A stretch of DNA of 20,000 nt from an uncultured virus (IMG/VR IMGVR_UViG_3300033475_000017) (IMGVR_UViG_3300033475_000017), one strand, 5' to 3'; shown: positions 1 through 8,053, counted from the first letter of the stretch. The notes: a model not told the origin generated them from the sequence alone. Made by a program: numbers and translations.

Positions 1-2
1 AC

Positions 3-305
3 AATGTGCGCGTGCGCCGGATCATCATCATGGGGTCCGAGCATCTGATCCAGGGCAACTTCGAGGGCCTGTCCATGTGGCTGGAGCGCCAGGGCGTGAA
101 CGCCTTCGGCGAAGTGTTCCTGGTCAACAACGTGGCGCACATCATCCGGCCGCCCCTCGATCGGCTGCAGCAGTTCGCCAGCTTGTCGTGGACCTGGATC
201 GGGTGCTTTGCGGCGCCGACCGATGCGACCGCCACCACAACGATCATCCCCACGGCGAGCAATTCGCTGTATAAGCGCAGCCTGGTCATCGAGACGGCCG
301 GCTAA
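3..305 (+). CDS. Probable major capsid protein, C-terminal part (5' truncated by window)
   Basis: The frame is open from the window edge. The C-terminus 'HIIRPPLDRLQQFASLSWTWIG..APTD...YKRSLVIETAG' fits the C-terminal beta-strands of an HK97-fold capsid (R.P.D.L.Q....SW). It lies upstream of the head-completion genes. Confidence 0.7.
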   Translation, partial: NVRVRRIIIMGSEHLIQGNFEGLSMWLERQGVNAFGEVFLVNNVAHIIRPPLDRLQQFASLSWTWIGCFAAPTDATATTTIIPTASNSLYKRSLVIETAG

Positions 306-349
306 ACCCGGTCGTAACTGTGGCGTGCAGCATCAGAGAGGGCCGAGCA

Positions 350-580
350 ATGAAGGCGCCGAGCAAGAACATTTCCAACAGTCTGCGTGGCCAGTCCCCG
401 CCCGGCCGCGGTGCCGAGTCGGTGCAGGTCGGCAAGCTGAAGGGCTATTCCCCGAGCATGACGCTGCCAGGCGAGGGCAAGACGTCGATGGCCCCGGGCA
501 CGCACGCGCGGGACGACGGCCGCCAGGAGCGCAGCGCGTCGGTCTATGCCGGCGTGGTGGGCAGCAAGGTCGGCGGCTGA
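350..580 (+). CDS. Small basic Gly/Ser-rich hypothetical protein (76 aa), ends in -VGG
   Basis: ATG at 350 is preceded by GAGAGGG (RBS-like). The ORF fills the gap after the capsid stop. It is low-complexity and probably disordered. Confidence 0.6.
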   Translation: MKAPSKNISNSLRGQSPPGRGAESVQVGKLKGYSPSMTLPGEGKTSMAPGTHARDDGRQERSASVYAGVVGSKVGG

Positions 581-585
581 AGCCA

Positions 586-792
586 ATGGCCCGCGGCCGC
601 ATCACGAAGGTCACTCCGACCACGAAGACATGCGCGTCCAACTCCGAGACGCGCAGCGCGGCCGCAATGTTCCCCCGCAATTTGGACAGGGGCGTTGGCG
701 CTGACCAGGCGCTGGTGCGCGTCGATGCCCGTGCTGCCCAAGGCCAGAAGAAGACGCCCATTGGCGCGGGCAAGCTGACGAGAGGAAGGTAA
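586..792 (+). CDS. Small basic hypothetical protein (68 aa)
   Basis: Internal ATG (586) of the 208..792 ORF, 5 nt after the previous stop. It ends 4 nt before the next gene, whose RBS (AGGAAGG) lies in its 3' end. Confidence 0.6.
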   Translation: MARGRITKVTPTTKTCASNSETRSAAAMFPRNLDRGVGADQALVRVDARAAQGQKKTPIGAGKLTRGR

Positions 793-796
793 GCCT

Positions 797-1432
797 ATGC
801 CGTATCTCCCGCCCCAGGGCACGCCCGGCATTCTCAATCAGGCGAACCCGACGCTTATCCCGAACTTCGATCGCTCAGTTGCGGGCGCCGGCGGCACGGT
901 CGATCACCAGAGCCCCGCGGCATTTCTGCAGAACAATCCGCGAGTCGATGCGTTGGGCACGATCACGGTGGGCGGCTCGATCACCAACGGCGACACGGTG
1001 ACGCTGACCACGACGCTGCCCACGCTGGCAGGCGGATCGGCCGCGGTGACCTATCCGGTGGTGACCGCCGACACGACCACGACCGTGGCGGAAGGCATCC
1101 TGGACGCGATCAACAACAGCGCGGCTTTGCAGGCGGCCGGGATCTTCGCCGAAATGAGCGGAACCGGTGCGCCGACCGCTGTCGTGGTGCACGCCAACGG
1201 GCCGATCGGCAACATGGTCACCCTGTCGGCATCGGTCAGCGGTGGCAACACCGAGACGTTGACCTTCAGCAACGGCGGCACGCTGGCCGGCGGCAGCGGC
1301 CCGGTATTCGCCACCAACAACTTCAATTGGGGTTCCGGCGGTGAAGTGCTGTCGTTCTTCTACGGGCAGCCGTATCAATTGGGCTACGATGTCTTGACCC
1401 AAATGATCAATCAGGGCATGCCAATCGAGTGA
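797..1432 (+). CDS. Putative virion structural/decoration protein (211 aa) carrying a module shared with sheath, adaptor and terminator
   Basis: Strong RBS AGGAAGG. T/G/A/V-rich beta-type composition. Residues 'GTITVGGSITNGDTVTL...VTYPVVTADTTTTVAEGILDAINNSAALQAAGI' align by eye with the insert in the sheath protein. Confidence 0.65.
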   Translation: MPYLPPQGTPGILNQANPTLIPNFDRSVAGAGGTVDHQSPAAFLQNNPRVDALGTITVGGSITNGDTVTLTTTLPTLAGGSAAVTYPVVTADTTTTVAEGILDAINNSAALQAAGIFAEMSGTGAPTAVVVHANGPIGNMVTLSASVSGGNTETLTFSNGGTLAGGSGPVFATNNFNWGSGGEVLSFFYGQPYQLGYDVLTQMINQGMPIE

Positions 1433-1448
1433 TTCGATCGGGGTTCTC

Positions 1449-2114
1449 ATGAGCGACGCCACGGCATTACTTGACCCGCGTGCAATTGGCCGAAGCGCCG
1501 CGGACTGGTACACGAAGAAATGCCAGAACGATGCTTGCGGCGAAATGAACCACGCCCGGCGGAACAACTGCAAGACGTGCGGCACGCCGCTGCCAGTGCC
1601 CGCGCCGAAGCCGGGAAAGCCGGCAAAGAGCAAGGCCAAGCCGCCGAGCGGCCCACCCCGTGCGGCATACACCGGCGTCCTGACCAAGGCCACCAAGGCA
1701 TCGCTTACGCGGAAGGCCAACCAGCAGTCAGTGCTGCAAGATCCCGTTGCGACAAGCCTGGTGGCCAATACCTGCGAAGATCCCCCCATCCTGACGGACA
1801 TCAAGATCGCCGAAGCGGCATTCATTCCGCCGGCCCCGCCGCCGCCGCCCGCGCCGCCCGTCGTGGCAGCTCCGGAACCAGTCGGCCCGACCGGGCCATA
1901 CTTCACGGTGCGCGAATGCCGGGTCATGCTCCCCAACGGCACGCTGGCACTCTTCCCGGCGAACAAGGTCATCGATGACCTCCATATGATCCGGGTGCTG
2001 CTGGCCGAAGACATGCCGATCGTGCCGGTGTCGGAAGTCGCCAACATCGTGTGCTGCCCGAACTGCAAGCACGTGTTCAAGCGCGAGCAGCCGCCGGTTC
2101 TGGGCAAGGAATGA
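1449..2114 (+). CDS. RanBP2-type zinc-finger protein with Pro-rich linker and C-terminal CxxC knuckle
   Basis: The N-terminal 'DW....CQNDACGEMNHARRNNCKTCGTP' fits C-x4-C-x3-N-x6-C-x2-C. A PPAPPPPPAPP linker follows, and the C-terminus has 'CCPNCKHVF'. Confidence 0.75.
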   Translation: MSDATALLDPRAIGRSAADWYTKKCQNDACGEMNHARRNNCKTCGTPLPVPAPKPGKPAKSKAKPPSGPPRAAYTGVLTKATKASLTRKANQQSVLQDPVATSLVANTCEDPPILTDIKIAEAAFIPPAPPPPPAPPVVAAPEPVGPTGPYFTVRECRVMLPNGTLALFPANKVIDDLHMIRVLLAEDMPIVPVSEVANIVCCPNCKHVFKREQPPVLGKE

Positions 2115-2124
2115 GGATCGCCCC

Positions 2125-2337
2125 ATGGCAAAGGGTAAGAGCAGCGGCGGGTCGCGTGGACTTCCGGTATCACCGAAAACGGATGCGGCGCGGCAACGGA
2201 TGTGGGCGGCAGAATCTGCGCTGGGCACGCTACGCCGAGCTGGTGAAATTCAGCGCGATCCGAAACTGATGGCAGACGCCCGGGCGCTGGCGGCACGCGA
2301 GCAGGCCGCGCTGGCGAAGATCACCAAGGCGAAATAG
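2125..2337 (+). CDS. Small basic helical phage protein (70 aa)
   Basis: RBS GAGGA before the ATG. The segment 'WAAESALGTLRRAGEIQRDPKLMADARALAAREQAAL' is amphipathic and helical. Function unknown. Confidence 0.75.
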   Translation: MAKGKSSGGSRGLPVSPKTDAARQRMWAAESALGTLRRAGEIQRDPKLMADARALAAREQAALAKITKAK

Positions 2338-2380
2338 ATCGGCGCTTGCAATCGTCAGCGCACAGTGCTTGGAAAGGTGC

Positions 2381-2893
2381 ATGATCAGCACCGAACGCTT
2401 TGAAGAGATCGCCGCCATCATGGCGGATAAGCTGCCCCTGGAAACCCACGGCAGCAACGCTTTCGACGCGGTGACCCGCATCACGGTGGGCGATATCCAC
2501 GGGATGATCGAGCGCATCCGTTCGCTCTCGGACCTGCTGGAAACGCTGTCGAAGCCCGCTGATCCGACCAATACCGAGGCGCAGACCCAGGCCGAAGGGC
2601 AGGCTGCGCCAGGCGTCAGCCAGGAGCGTGACGCCAACGCCCAGGGTTCGAGTGACCCTGGGCAGATTCCGACGTCGCATGAAGCCGACACCCATGGTGC
2701 GGTAGGCGACGAAACTGCCAGCGGTAAAGGGGCCCTTGAAGCCACCGATGGCACGGCCGGCGAACCTGCGGCATCGACCGCGGGCGCTGGCACCGATACC
2801 CCCCCCGAGAGCAATGGCGACGGGGCCGGAACGGAAGCCGATGGGTCCGTTCCGGCCGCTGCCGAGGGGACGCAAGAGACGCCAACCGCGTGA
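2381..2893 (+). CDS. Hypothetical protein with helical N-terminus and long acidic disordered tail (170 aa)
   Basis: ATG 2381 follows GGAAAGG. The C-terminal ~110 aa are rich in A/G/E/T/D/P. Its stop overlaps the GTG start of the next gene. Confidence 0.7.
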   Translation: MISTERFEEIAAIMADKLPLETHGSNAFDAVTRITVGDIHGMIERIRSLSDLLETLSKPADPTNTEAQTQAEGQAAPGVSQERDANAQGSSDPGQIPTSHEADTHGAVGDETASGKGALEATDGTAGEPAASTAGAGTDTPPESNGDGAGTEADGSVPAAAEGTQETPTA

Positions 2894-3360
2894 CCATCAT
2901 CGTCGCGCACAACGGCACAATGGTTGCTGACAGCGCGGCAGTGGCGAGCGGTCGGATATTCCCGTGCGGTAGCCCGAAGATCAAACGGACGCGCAACGGC
3001 GGCCTTGTGGCCTGCTGCGGCAGTGAAGACGACTGCTTTGTCTTTGCGGAATGGGCGGTGGCTGGCTTCCCGGAAGACGCCAAGCCAACTTTGACCGCCG
3101 GCCCTGACGGGTTCATGGCGCTTCACATGCGACCTGATGGCTCGGTGTGGAATTTCTACAGCGTGCACCGATCAGCGCCGACCCAGCAACCTGCCTACAT
3201 TGGCGAAACGACGGCATGCAGCGTCGTATGTGGTGCAATGGCGGCCGGCGCATCGGCTGAAGAAGCGGTAGCGATCGCGATCAAGCACACGGTCTGGATA
3301 GGCGGGCCAATCCAGGTCGAACGCCTTTCCGCCAACGAACTTGCTGCGCAGTCGCAATAG
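2890..3360 (+). CDS. Ntn-hydrolase fold, HslV/proteasome beta-subunit-like protein
   Basis: Thr directly after the start Met (T1), 'VADS' (D17-equivalent), 'PKI' (K33-equivalent), 'ACCGS..D' (G47-equivalent), and C-terminal 'GAM.AGASAEEAVAIA....GGPIQV', as in phage proteasome-like proteins. Confidence 0.75.
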   Translation: MTIIVAHNGTMVADSAAVASGRIFPCGSPKIKRTRNGGLVACCGSEDDCFVFAEWAVAGFPEDAKPTLTAGPDGFMALHMRPDGSVWNFYSVHRSAPTQQPAYIGETTACSVVCGAMAAGASAEEAVAIAIKHTVWIGGPIQVERLSANELAAQSQ

Positions 3361-3396
3361 GCGATAGACATAGCTGCCCAACAGGACGAGGTAGCA

Positions 3397-3681
3397 ATGA
3401 AAGTCATCAGCATGGCGGTTGCCAAGCGCCAAGTCGAAGCGGCGCGCAACGTCATCAAGCGCCCGCGCGGCGACACGGACAAAGAAATCGCCGAGCATCG
3501 CCGTTTGCTGCGCGCCCACATCAAGCGCCTGGAAAGGCGTGCGCTGAAGGGCCCGGCGGATGATCTCGATCGGATCGCGGCGGTAAAGAACCTGGGCGCC
3601 ATTGTCCTGGCCATGTATGTGGCCGAGCACAACTTGCGCCAGGACATGCACCGGGCGATCGAGGCCACGCTGACGGCCTAA
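3397..3681 (+). CDS. Hypothetical helical protein (94 aa)
   Basis: RBS GAGGT before the ATG. It fills the gap between neighbouring genes. No recognisable motif. Confidence 0.65.
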   Translation: MKVISMAVAKRQVEAARNVIKRPRGDTDKEIAEHRRLLRAHIKRLERRALKGPADDLDRIAAVKNLGAIVLAMYVAEHNLRQDMHRAIEATLTA

Positions 3682-3708
3682 CACCGGCAGCAACGTTCCG
3701 AGGCAGCC

Positions 3709-4533
3709 ATGGCCCTAACCGTTACTCAAAAGAGCGCCGTTCGGCGGCACCTGGGCTATCCCGCCATCGGCCTGCTGCGTGTCAGCCCGGGCGGCGGCAC
3801 GCTGGGCGCGGCATCGGCCGGGTATCGCTACAATGATGCATACGGCTTCCTCGAGTACAGGCTGAACAACCTCAACCCGGATGAGGAAGCGCGCCTGATG
3901 GGCGTGGCCTATGGCGCGGTGATCCTGACCGGCCCGCAGCCTGCCGCCGGCGACGAGTTCTCGGTGACGTTCTCGGGTGGCCCATTGACGGCGCCGGTGA
4001 CGGTGACGGTGACCGCCCAGGCGCCGAACGGCAGCTACGACAACCGGATCAACGTGGTGAACGCCCTGGCGGGCGCGATCTCAACGAACGCCACGCTGCA
4101 GGCCAACGGCTTCCTGGCCACGGCCCCCTATGGCACAGGCCCGTTCAGCCAGAACGCGGTGGCCATCCCTGAGGTCGGGTTCACCAACGCGCAGACCTTC
4201 GGCATCACGTGCAGCGGGACCGGATCGTCGGCGCCCCAGGTCAGCGCGCCCGGGCAGCTCCTTCCGCCATCGGCGCAACTGACCGGGATCAACGGCCCGA
4301 CCACGTACGGCTATATCCCGATCCTGGATGGTCTCGAGGCTGCTTATGGCGGCGCAAGCGACAACCTCGATACCGCACAGGCTGACGTCTGGCGTGGCCG
4401 CTCGAACGAGTTGGGTCAACGCATGTCGCTGTATCAGGTCTGGGTCGATAAGCTCGTTGACTTCATGGGTGTCCCGAGAAACGACAAGCGCAAGGGGTTC
4501 CCGGAGCGGCGCGGCGCGATGCGGTATGCCTGA
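3709..4533 (+). CDS. Probable head-tail adaptor (head completion) protein with an inserted beta-rich domain
   Basis: Helical N-terminus 'LT..QK..VRRHLGYP...LEYRLNNL..EE' and C-terminus 'L..LE.A..GASDNLDT..A.VW..R.NE...R..LY..W...L..FMGVP' flank a ~130 aa T/G/A/P-rich insert. It is the first gene of the neck block. RBS GAGG. Confidence 0.65.
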   Translation: MALTVTQKSAVRRHLGYPAIGLLRVSPGGGTLGAASAGYRYNDAYGFLEYRLNNLNPDEEARLMGVAYGAVILTGPQPAAGDEFSVTFSGGPLTAPVTVTVTAQAPNGSYDNRINVVNALAGAISTNATLQANGFLATAPYGTGPFSQNAVAIPEVGFTNAQTFGITCSGTGSSAPQVSAPGQLLPPSAQLTGINGPTTYGYIPILDGLEAAYGGASDNLDTAQADVWRGRSNELGQRMSLYQVWVDKLVDFMGVPRNDKRKGFPERRGAMRYA

Positions 4534-5345
4534 TGGTCTCCTACGCCAGCATCCAGGCCAAGATCGATTACGGCAAAGGCAAAGCCGGCCAGAAGCTGGG
4601 GCAGCCGTACAGCGCCTACCGGATCACCGCGGCCGCATCCGGTGACTTCCCGAGCGGATGGGAATCGGCCGGCACGGGCATCCCGATCCTGCGCCGGCGG
4701 ATCAACGAGCGGCTGATTGAGTCGGCGCTCGAGTACGCGGGCACGCTCTGGTACAACATCACCGCCGACATGACGGACTTCCTGTTGGGCGATGTGTTCG
4801 TGTGCACGGACCCGGCCTATTCGCCCGGCATCAGCTACGGCACGGGCGCGACGGCAGTTCCAGGCGGCAGCGAATACGAGATCGATGCTTTCGCTCTGGC
4901 CTGGCACATGCCGATCAACAAGGCTGTCGGGGCCCGCATCGATCGCCGGTGCCAGATATTCCGGCCGCTCGATGCGCCTGGGAAGATGGCGGATGGCACG
5001 TATGCGTGGCGCCAGGCCAATGACCAGAGCACGCCGCTGGTGCTGACGGGTGGCGTCTATAACTTCGACCAGCCCGGCGCTGCTGGCTCGTTCATCCCGA
5101 TCGGCCTGTCATCGACCGCGCGCCCGGGTCGCGGCGAAATGTTCCCCCCTGGCATCCCCGCCATGCCTGGAGTGACCCGCTATTACGGCTATGTGCCATT
5201 CCTGCCTGGATACGAAGCGGCCGAGGGTGACCGGATCATCACCGAGGACGGCGCGCGGTATGTGGTGGCGAACCCGTACCGGCAGGAACAGGGTGTGGTG
5301 GGTCAGCAGCTCGCGCTGGAACGCATGATCTCTCAGGTGGCGTGA
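4533..5345 (+). CDS. Probable head-closure/stopper (neck) protein
   Basis: Translationally coupled to the adaptor. The C-terminal 'GDRIITEDGARYVV' matches the 'GD.I....G..Y.V' motif of head-tail joining proteins. Confidence 0.6.
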   Translation: MVSYASIQAKIDYGKGKAGQKLGQPYSAYRITAAASGDFPSGWESAGTGIPILRRRINERLIESALEYAGTLWYNITADMTDFLLGDVFVCTDPAYSPGISYGTGATAVPGGSEYEIDAFALAWHMPINKAVGARIDRRCQIFRPLDAPGKMADGTYAWRQANDQSTPLVLTGGVYNFDQPGAAGSFIPIGLSSTARPGRGEMFPPGIPAMPGVTRYYGYVPFLPGYEAAEGDRIITEDGARYVVANPYRQEQGVVGQQLALERMISQVA

Positions 5346-6265
5346 TGGCGACGGTGCACCAGATCCTGGGCGCGATGCAGCAGCAGATATCGCTGGTGAC
5401 CGCCGGGCTCGGCCTGCAGGTAGCCGTCGGCATGGACTTCCCGCCCCCCAAGGTGCTGTCAACCATGGTGCAGCAGGGCAAGGCGGTGGTGTCGGTGATG
5501 GACCGCAAGCTGTCGCGGAACACGACCAGGTGGGCGCCCACGCCGATCGGCGGCACGGTGACACCGGCCACGCTGGTCAGCACGGTGTCAGGCGCCATCA
5601 TCCCGGCCGGCGGCGCGGCCACGATCACGCTGTCGGGCCCGGTAACGCCCGGTGATGCCGTGTCATGCGTGCTGGCCAATGGCGCTGCGGCAGCCGCGTC
5701 GACGGGAGTGCAGACGACGCTGTGGGCTGTCACCGCATCAGGCACGGCGACCAGCACGCCGGCGACCATTGCCGCGGCGCTGGCGGCGGCCGTGAACGCC
5801 GATAGCATCATGTCGACCTGGGTGACCGCGACATGCACGGGGGCAGTCGTCACGCTGACGTCGCTGGTGCAGGGGGTGCTGGGCCTGCAATCGCTCACTG
5901 GCAATGGCGGCACCACGATCACCGAGATCGGCCGGCGCAGCCGCGAGCTGCAGATCATCACCTGGGCCAATTCGATCGAGAACCGAGACCTGGTGGGCGA
6001 TGCAATCTCGGGCGTGGTCGAGCAGATGGAGGTCTATTACGGCACGTACACCAATGGCCTACCCCTGCCGGACGGTACCGGTGGTCGGGTGATCGTCGGC
6101 AACGATTACCTGTTGGACGAGGGCACGCCATCGGACACGTATCGGCGGGACATCCTGCTGTCGATTGATTACCCGGTCACTACGACTGACGCGCTCTACG
6201 CCGTGCTGATGCCGCCTCTGGTGCAGTTCCAGTCTGGGTTTTTCGCGCCGCAATCGATACCATAA
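5345..6265 (+). CDS. Probable tail terminator/completion protein with an inserted domain
   Basis: TGATG coupling; last neck gene. Conserved-looking C-terminus 'R..RELQI..WA.....RD...........YRRD....IDY..T'. A central insert resembles the sheath insert. Confidence 0.55.
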   Translation: MATVHQILGAMQQQISLVTAGLGLQVAVGMDFPPPKVLSTMVQQGKAVVSVMDRKLSRNTTRWAPTPIGGTVTPATLVSTVSGAIIPAGGAATITLSGPVTPGDAVSCVLANGAAAAASTGVQTTLWAVTASGTATSTPATIAAALAAAVNADSIMSTWVTATCTGAVVTLTSLVQGVLGLQSLTGNGGTTITEIGRRSRELQIITWANSIENRDLVGDAISGVVEQMEVYYGTYTNGLPLPDGTGGRVIVGNDYLLDEGTPSDTYRRDILLSIDYPVTTTDALYAVLMPPLVQFQSGFFAPQSIP

Positions 6266-6293
6266 TGCCCGCGGCACGAGAGGGCGACGGCAC

Positions 6294-6740
6294 ATGACGA
6301 TTGCACCGTTTGATGATGTCCTGGCGGCGGACATCCTGGCGATCAAAGCCACGGCGCAGCAAGCAGTAACGGCGGCAGCAGCGGCAGCAGCAGCGGCAGC
6401 AGCGGCTTTGCAGGGATCCGCTGCGGCGAACGAGCTGCTGATCGGGCTCACATCGGGAAGCGCCGGGCCGCTGGCCAATGGCACAGCCGGATTTGTGCTG
6501 GTCAGCAATGGTCCGACCGCCGCGCCATCGTTCCAGCCGTTCTCTGCAACATCATTCCAATTCAACCAGGAGACGCCCAAGGCAACGTGGGTCATCACCC
6601 ACAATCTCAACCGCTTTCCGTCTGTAACGATTGTGGACAGCGCCAATACTGTTGTAGAGGGCGACGTTCAATATGTCTCGAACGCTGAGATCACGGTGAG
6701 CTTTTCAAGCGCCTTTGCTGGAACCGCGTATCTGAACTGA
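6294..6740 (+). CDS. Short fibre/appendage-associated structural protein
   Basis: Poly-Ala helix, a fibre-shaft-like 'L.NGT.G.VLVSNG..AAPSFQ' segment, and a C-terminal beta-domain 'F.Q..P..TW.ITHNL.RFPSV..VDS....V.G.V.Y......V.FS.AF.G.AYLN' typical of phage minor structural proteins. Confidence 0.7.
   Translation: MTIAPFDDVLAADILAIKATAQQAVTAAAAAAAAAAAALQGSAAANELLIGLTSGSAGPLANGTAGFVLVSNGPTAAPSFQPFSATSFQFNQETPKATWVITHNLNRFPSVTIVDSANTVVEGDVQYVSNAEITVSFSSAFAGTAYLN
6370..6405 (+). repeat. GCG/GCA trinucleotide tract encoding 12 consecutive Ala
   Basis: 'gcggcagcagcggcagcagcagcggcagcagcggct' read directly from the sequence. Confidence 0.9.
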
Positions 6741-6754
6741 GAGGGTGATCCGCC

Positions 6755-8053
6755 ATGGCGAAAAGTTATCTTGTCCCGCTCAACCTGAACCAGAACGAAC
6801 TTCAGAACGCCAGGGTTCAGAACCTTGCCACGGCGCCAGCGTCGCCGGTCACCGGGCAGGGGTATTACAGCACATCAACCAACGCGGTTTATTTCTGGAA
6901 TGGCACCGCTTGGGTGCCAGCGGATGCCACCAAGGCGACGGGCATCCCGACCACGGCTATCGCCAATTTCCAGAGCACGATCCAGGCGTATCCGCTTTCG
7001 TCGTTCGCGGCGCCCACCGCGAACATTGCGATGGCGGGCTTCACCTTGACTGGCTTGGCCACGCCGACCGCATCTGGTCAGGCGGCCGAATATAGCTGGG
7101 TGATCGGCCGCAACCTCAACACGATCGCCAACGCGACCGCCACTACCGCCAATGTGCCGATGGGCGGCTTCACGTTCACCGGCTTGGCGACGCCCACCGC
7201 GAACGGGCAAGCCGCCGAATATTCGTGGGTGCTCAGTCGCGCGCTGAGTTCGTTCACCGGCGCGAACACGGCCAACGTTCCGATGAACGGCTTCACGCTG
7301 ACTGGCCTTCCGGCCCCCACGGTTGCTGGGCAGGCGGCCGAGTATTCGTGGGTCATCGGCCAGGTGCAGTCGGCCGCAGCCGGCATCAGCTCGAAGCCGC
7401 CGGTGCAGTGCATCGCGACGTCGAACATAACCCTGTCCGGCCTGCAGACGATCGACGGCTACACCACGGTTGCTGGTGATCGCGTGCTGGTGGTGGGTCA
7501 GACGACGGCCTCGGCCAATGGCGTCTACAACGCGGCCAGCGGCGCGTGGACACGCACAACCGTCGACGGCTCTGCCCCGGGCGAGCTTGAAACCGGCGCT
7601 CTGTGGTTGGTGAACCTCGGCACGGTCAACCAGGGCTCGCAATGGCGGTTGACCACCACCGGCACCATCGTGGTCGGCACGACGTCGCTGACGTTCGTCC
7701 AGTTCGGTGCCGCGGCCGTCTACACCGCCGGCAATGGCCTGTCCCTGTCGGGCGGCCAGTTCTCCGTTAATCCGGTCTCGGGCGGTGGCATCCTGGTCGG
7801 TCCCAGCGGCGTGTCGGTCGATCCGACCGTGGTGCCGCACAAATTCTCACAGACCATCGGGGACGGAACGACCACCAGTTTCACGATCACCCACAGCCTC
7901 GGTACACAGGATGTGCACATGCAGGTGCGCCAGGCCGCATCACCGTTCGGCGTCGTGGAATGCGACATGTCGGCCACGTCAACCACCACCGCTACGATTG
8001 CATTCGCCCAGGCACCCGCGACGAATGCCTATCGCGTGGTGATCATGGGCTAA
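6755..8053 (+). CDS. Fibre protein (432 aa) with three internal shaft repeats
   Basis: Three copies of 'TAN..M.GFT.TGL..PT..GQAAEYSWV'. Contains the common phage fibre motif 'NITLSGLQTIDG.....GDRVLV..QT.A..NGVY....GAWTR' and a C-terminal 'IGDG..TSFTITHSLGT.DV..QV...AFA.APA.NAYRVVI.G' domain. Confidence 0.8.
   Translation: MAKSYLVPLNLNQNELQNARVQNLATAPASPVTGQGYYSTSTNAVYFWNGTAWVPADATKATGIPTTAIANFQSTIQAYPLSSFAAPTANIAMAGFTLTGLATPTASGQAAEYSWVIGRNLNTIANATATTANVPMGGFTFTGLATPTANGQAAEYSWVLSRALSSFTGANTANVPMNGFTLTGLPAPTVAGQAAEYSWVIGQVQSAAAGISSKPPVQCIATSNITLSGLQTIDGYTTVAGDRVLVVGQTTASANGVYNAASGAWTRTTVDGSAPGELETGALWLVNLGTVNQGSQWRLTTTGTIVVGTTSLTFVQFGAAAVYTAGNGLSLSGGQFSVNPVSGGGILVGPSGVSVDPTVVPHKFSQTIGDGTTTSFTITHSLGTQDVHMQVRQAASPFGVVECDMSATSTTTATIAFAQAPATNAYRVVIMG
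7016..7354 (+). repeat. Three degenerate ~87-nt direct repeats (starts 7016, 7145, 7268) within the fibre gene
   Basis: Shared cores 'ggcttcac.(t/c)t.ac.ggc' and 'gc.gccga.tat...tgggt', spaced 129 and 123 nt apart. Confidence 0.9.

Noticed and set aside
208..585. 5' extension of the 208..792 ORF
   Set aside because: It overlaps the capsid gene and the 350..580 ORF. The ATG at 586 gives a non-overlapping gene.
875..3168. Long minus-strand ORFs (875..2296, 473 aa; 2230..3168, 312 aa) and similar ones elsewhere (6875..7840, 10622..11536, 16978..18321)
   Set aside because: They are antisense shadows of well-supported + strand genes in high-GC DNA, with no recognisable motifs or RBS.
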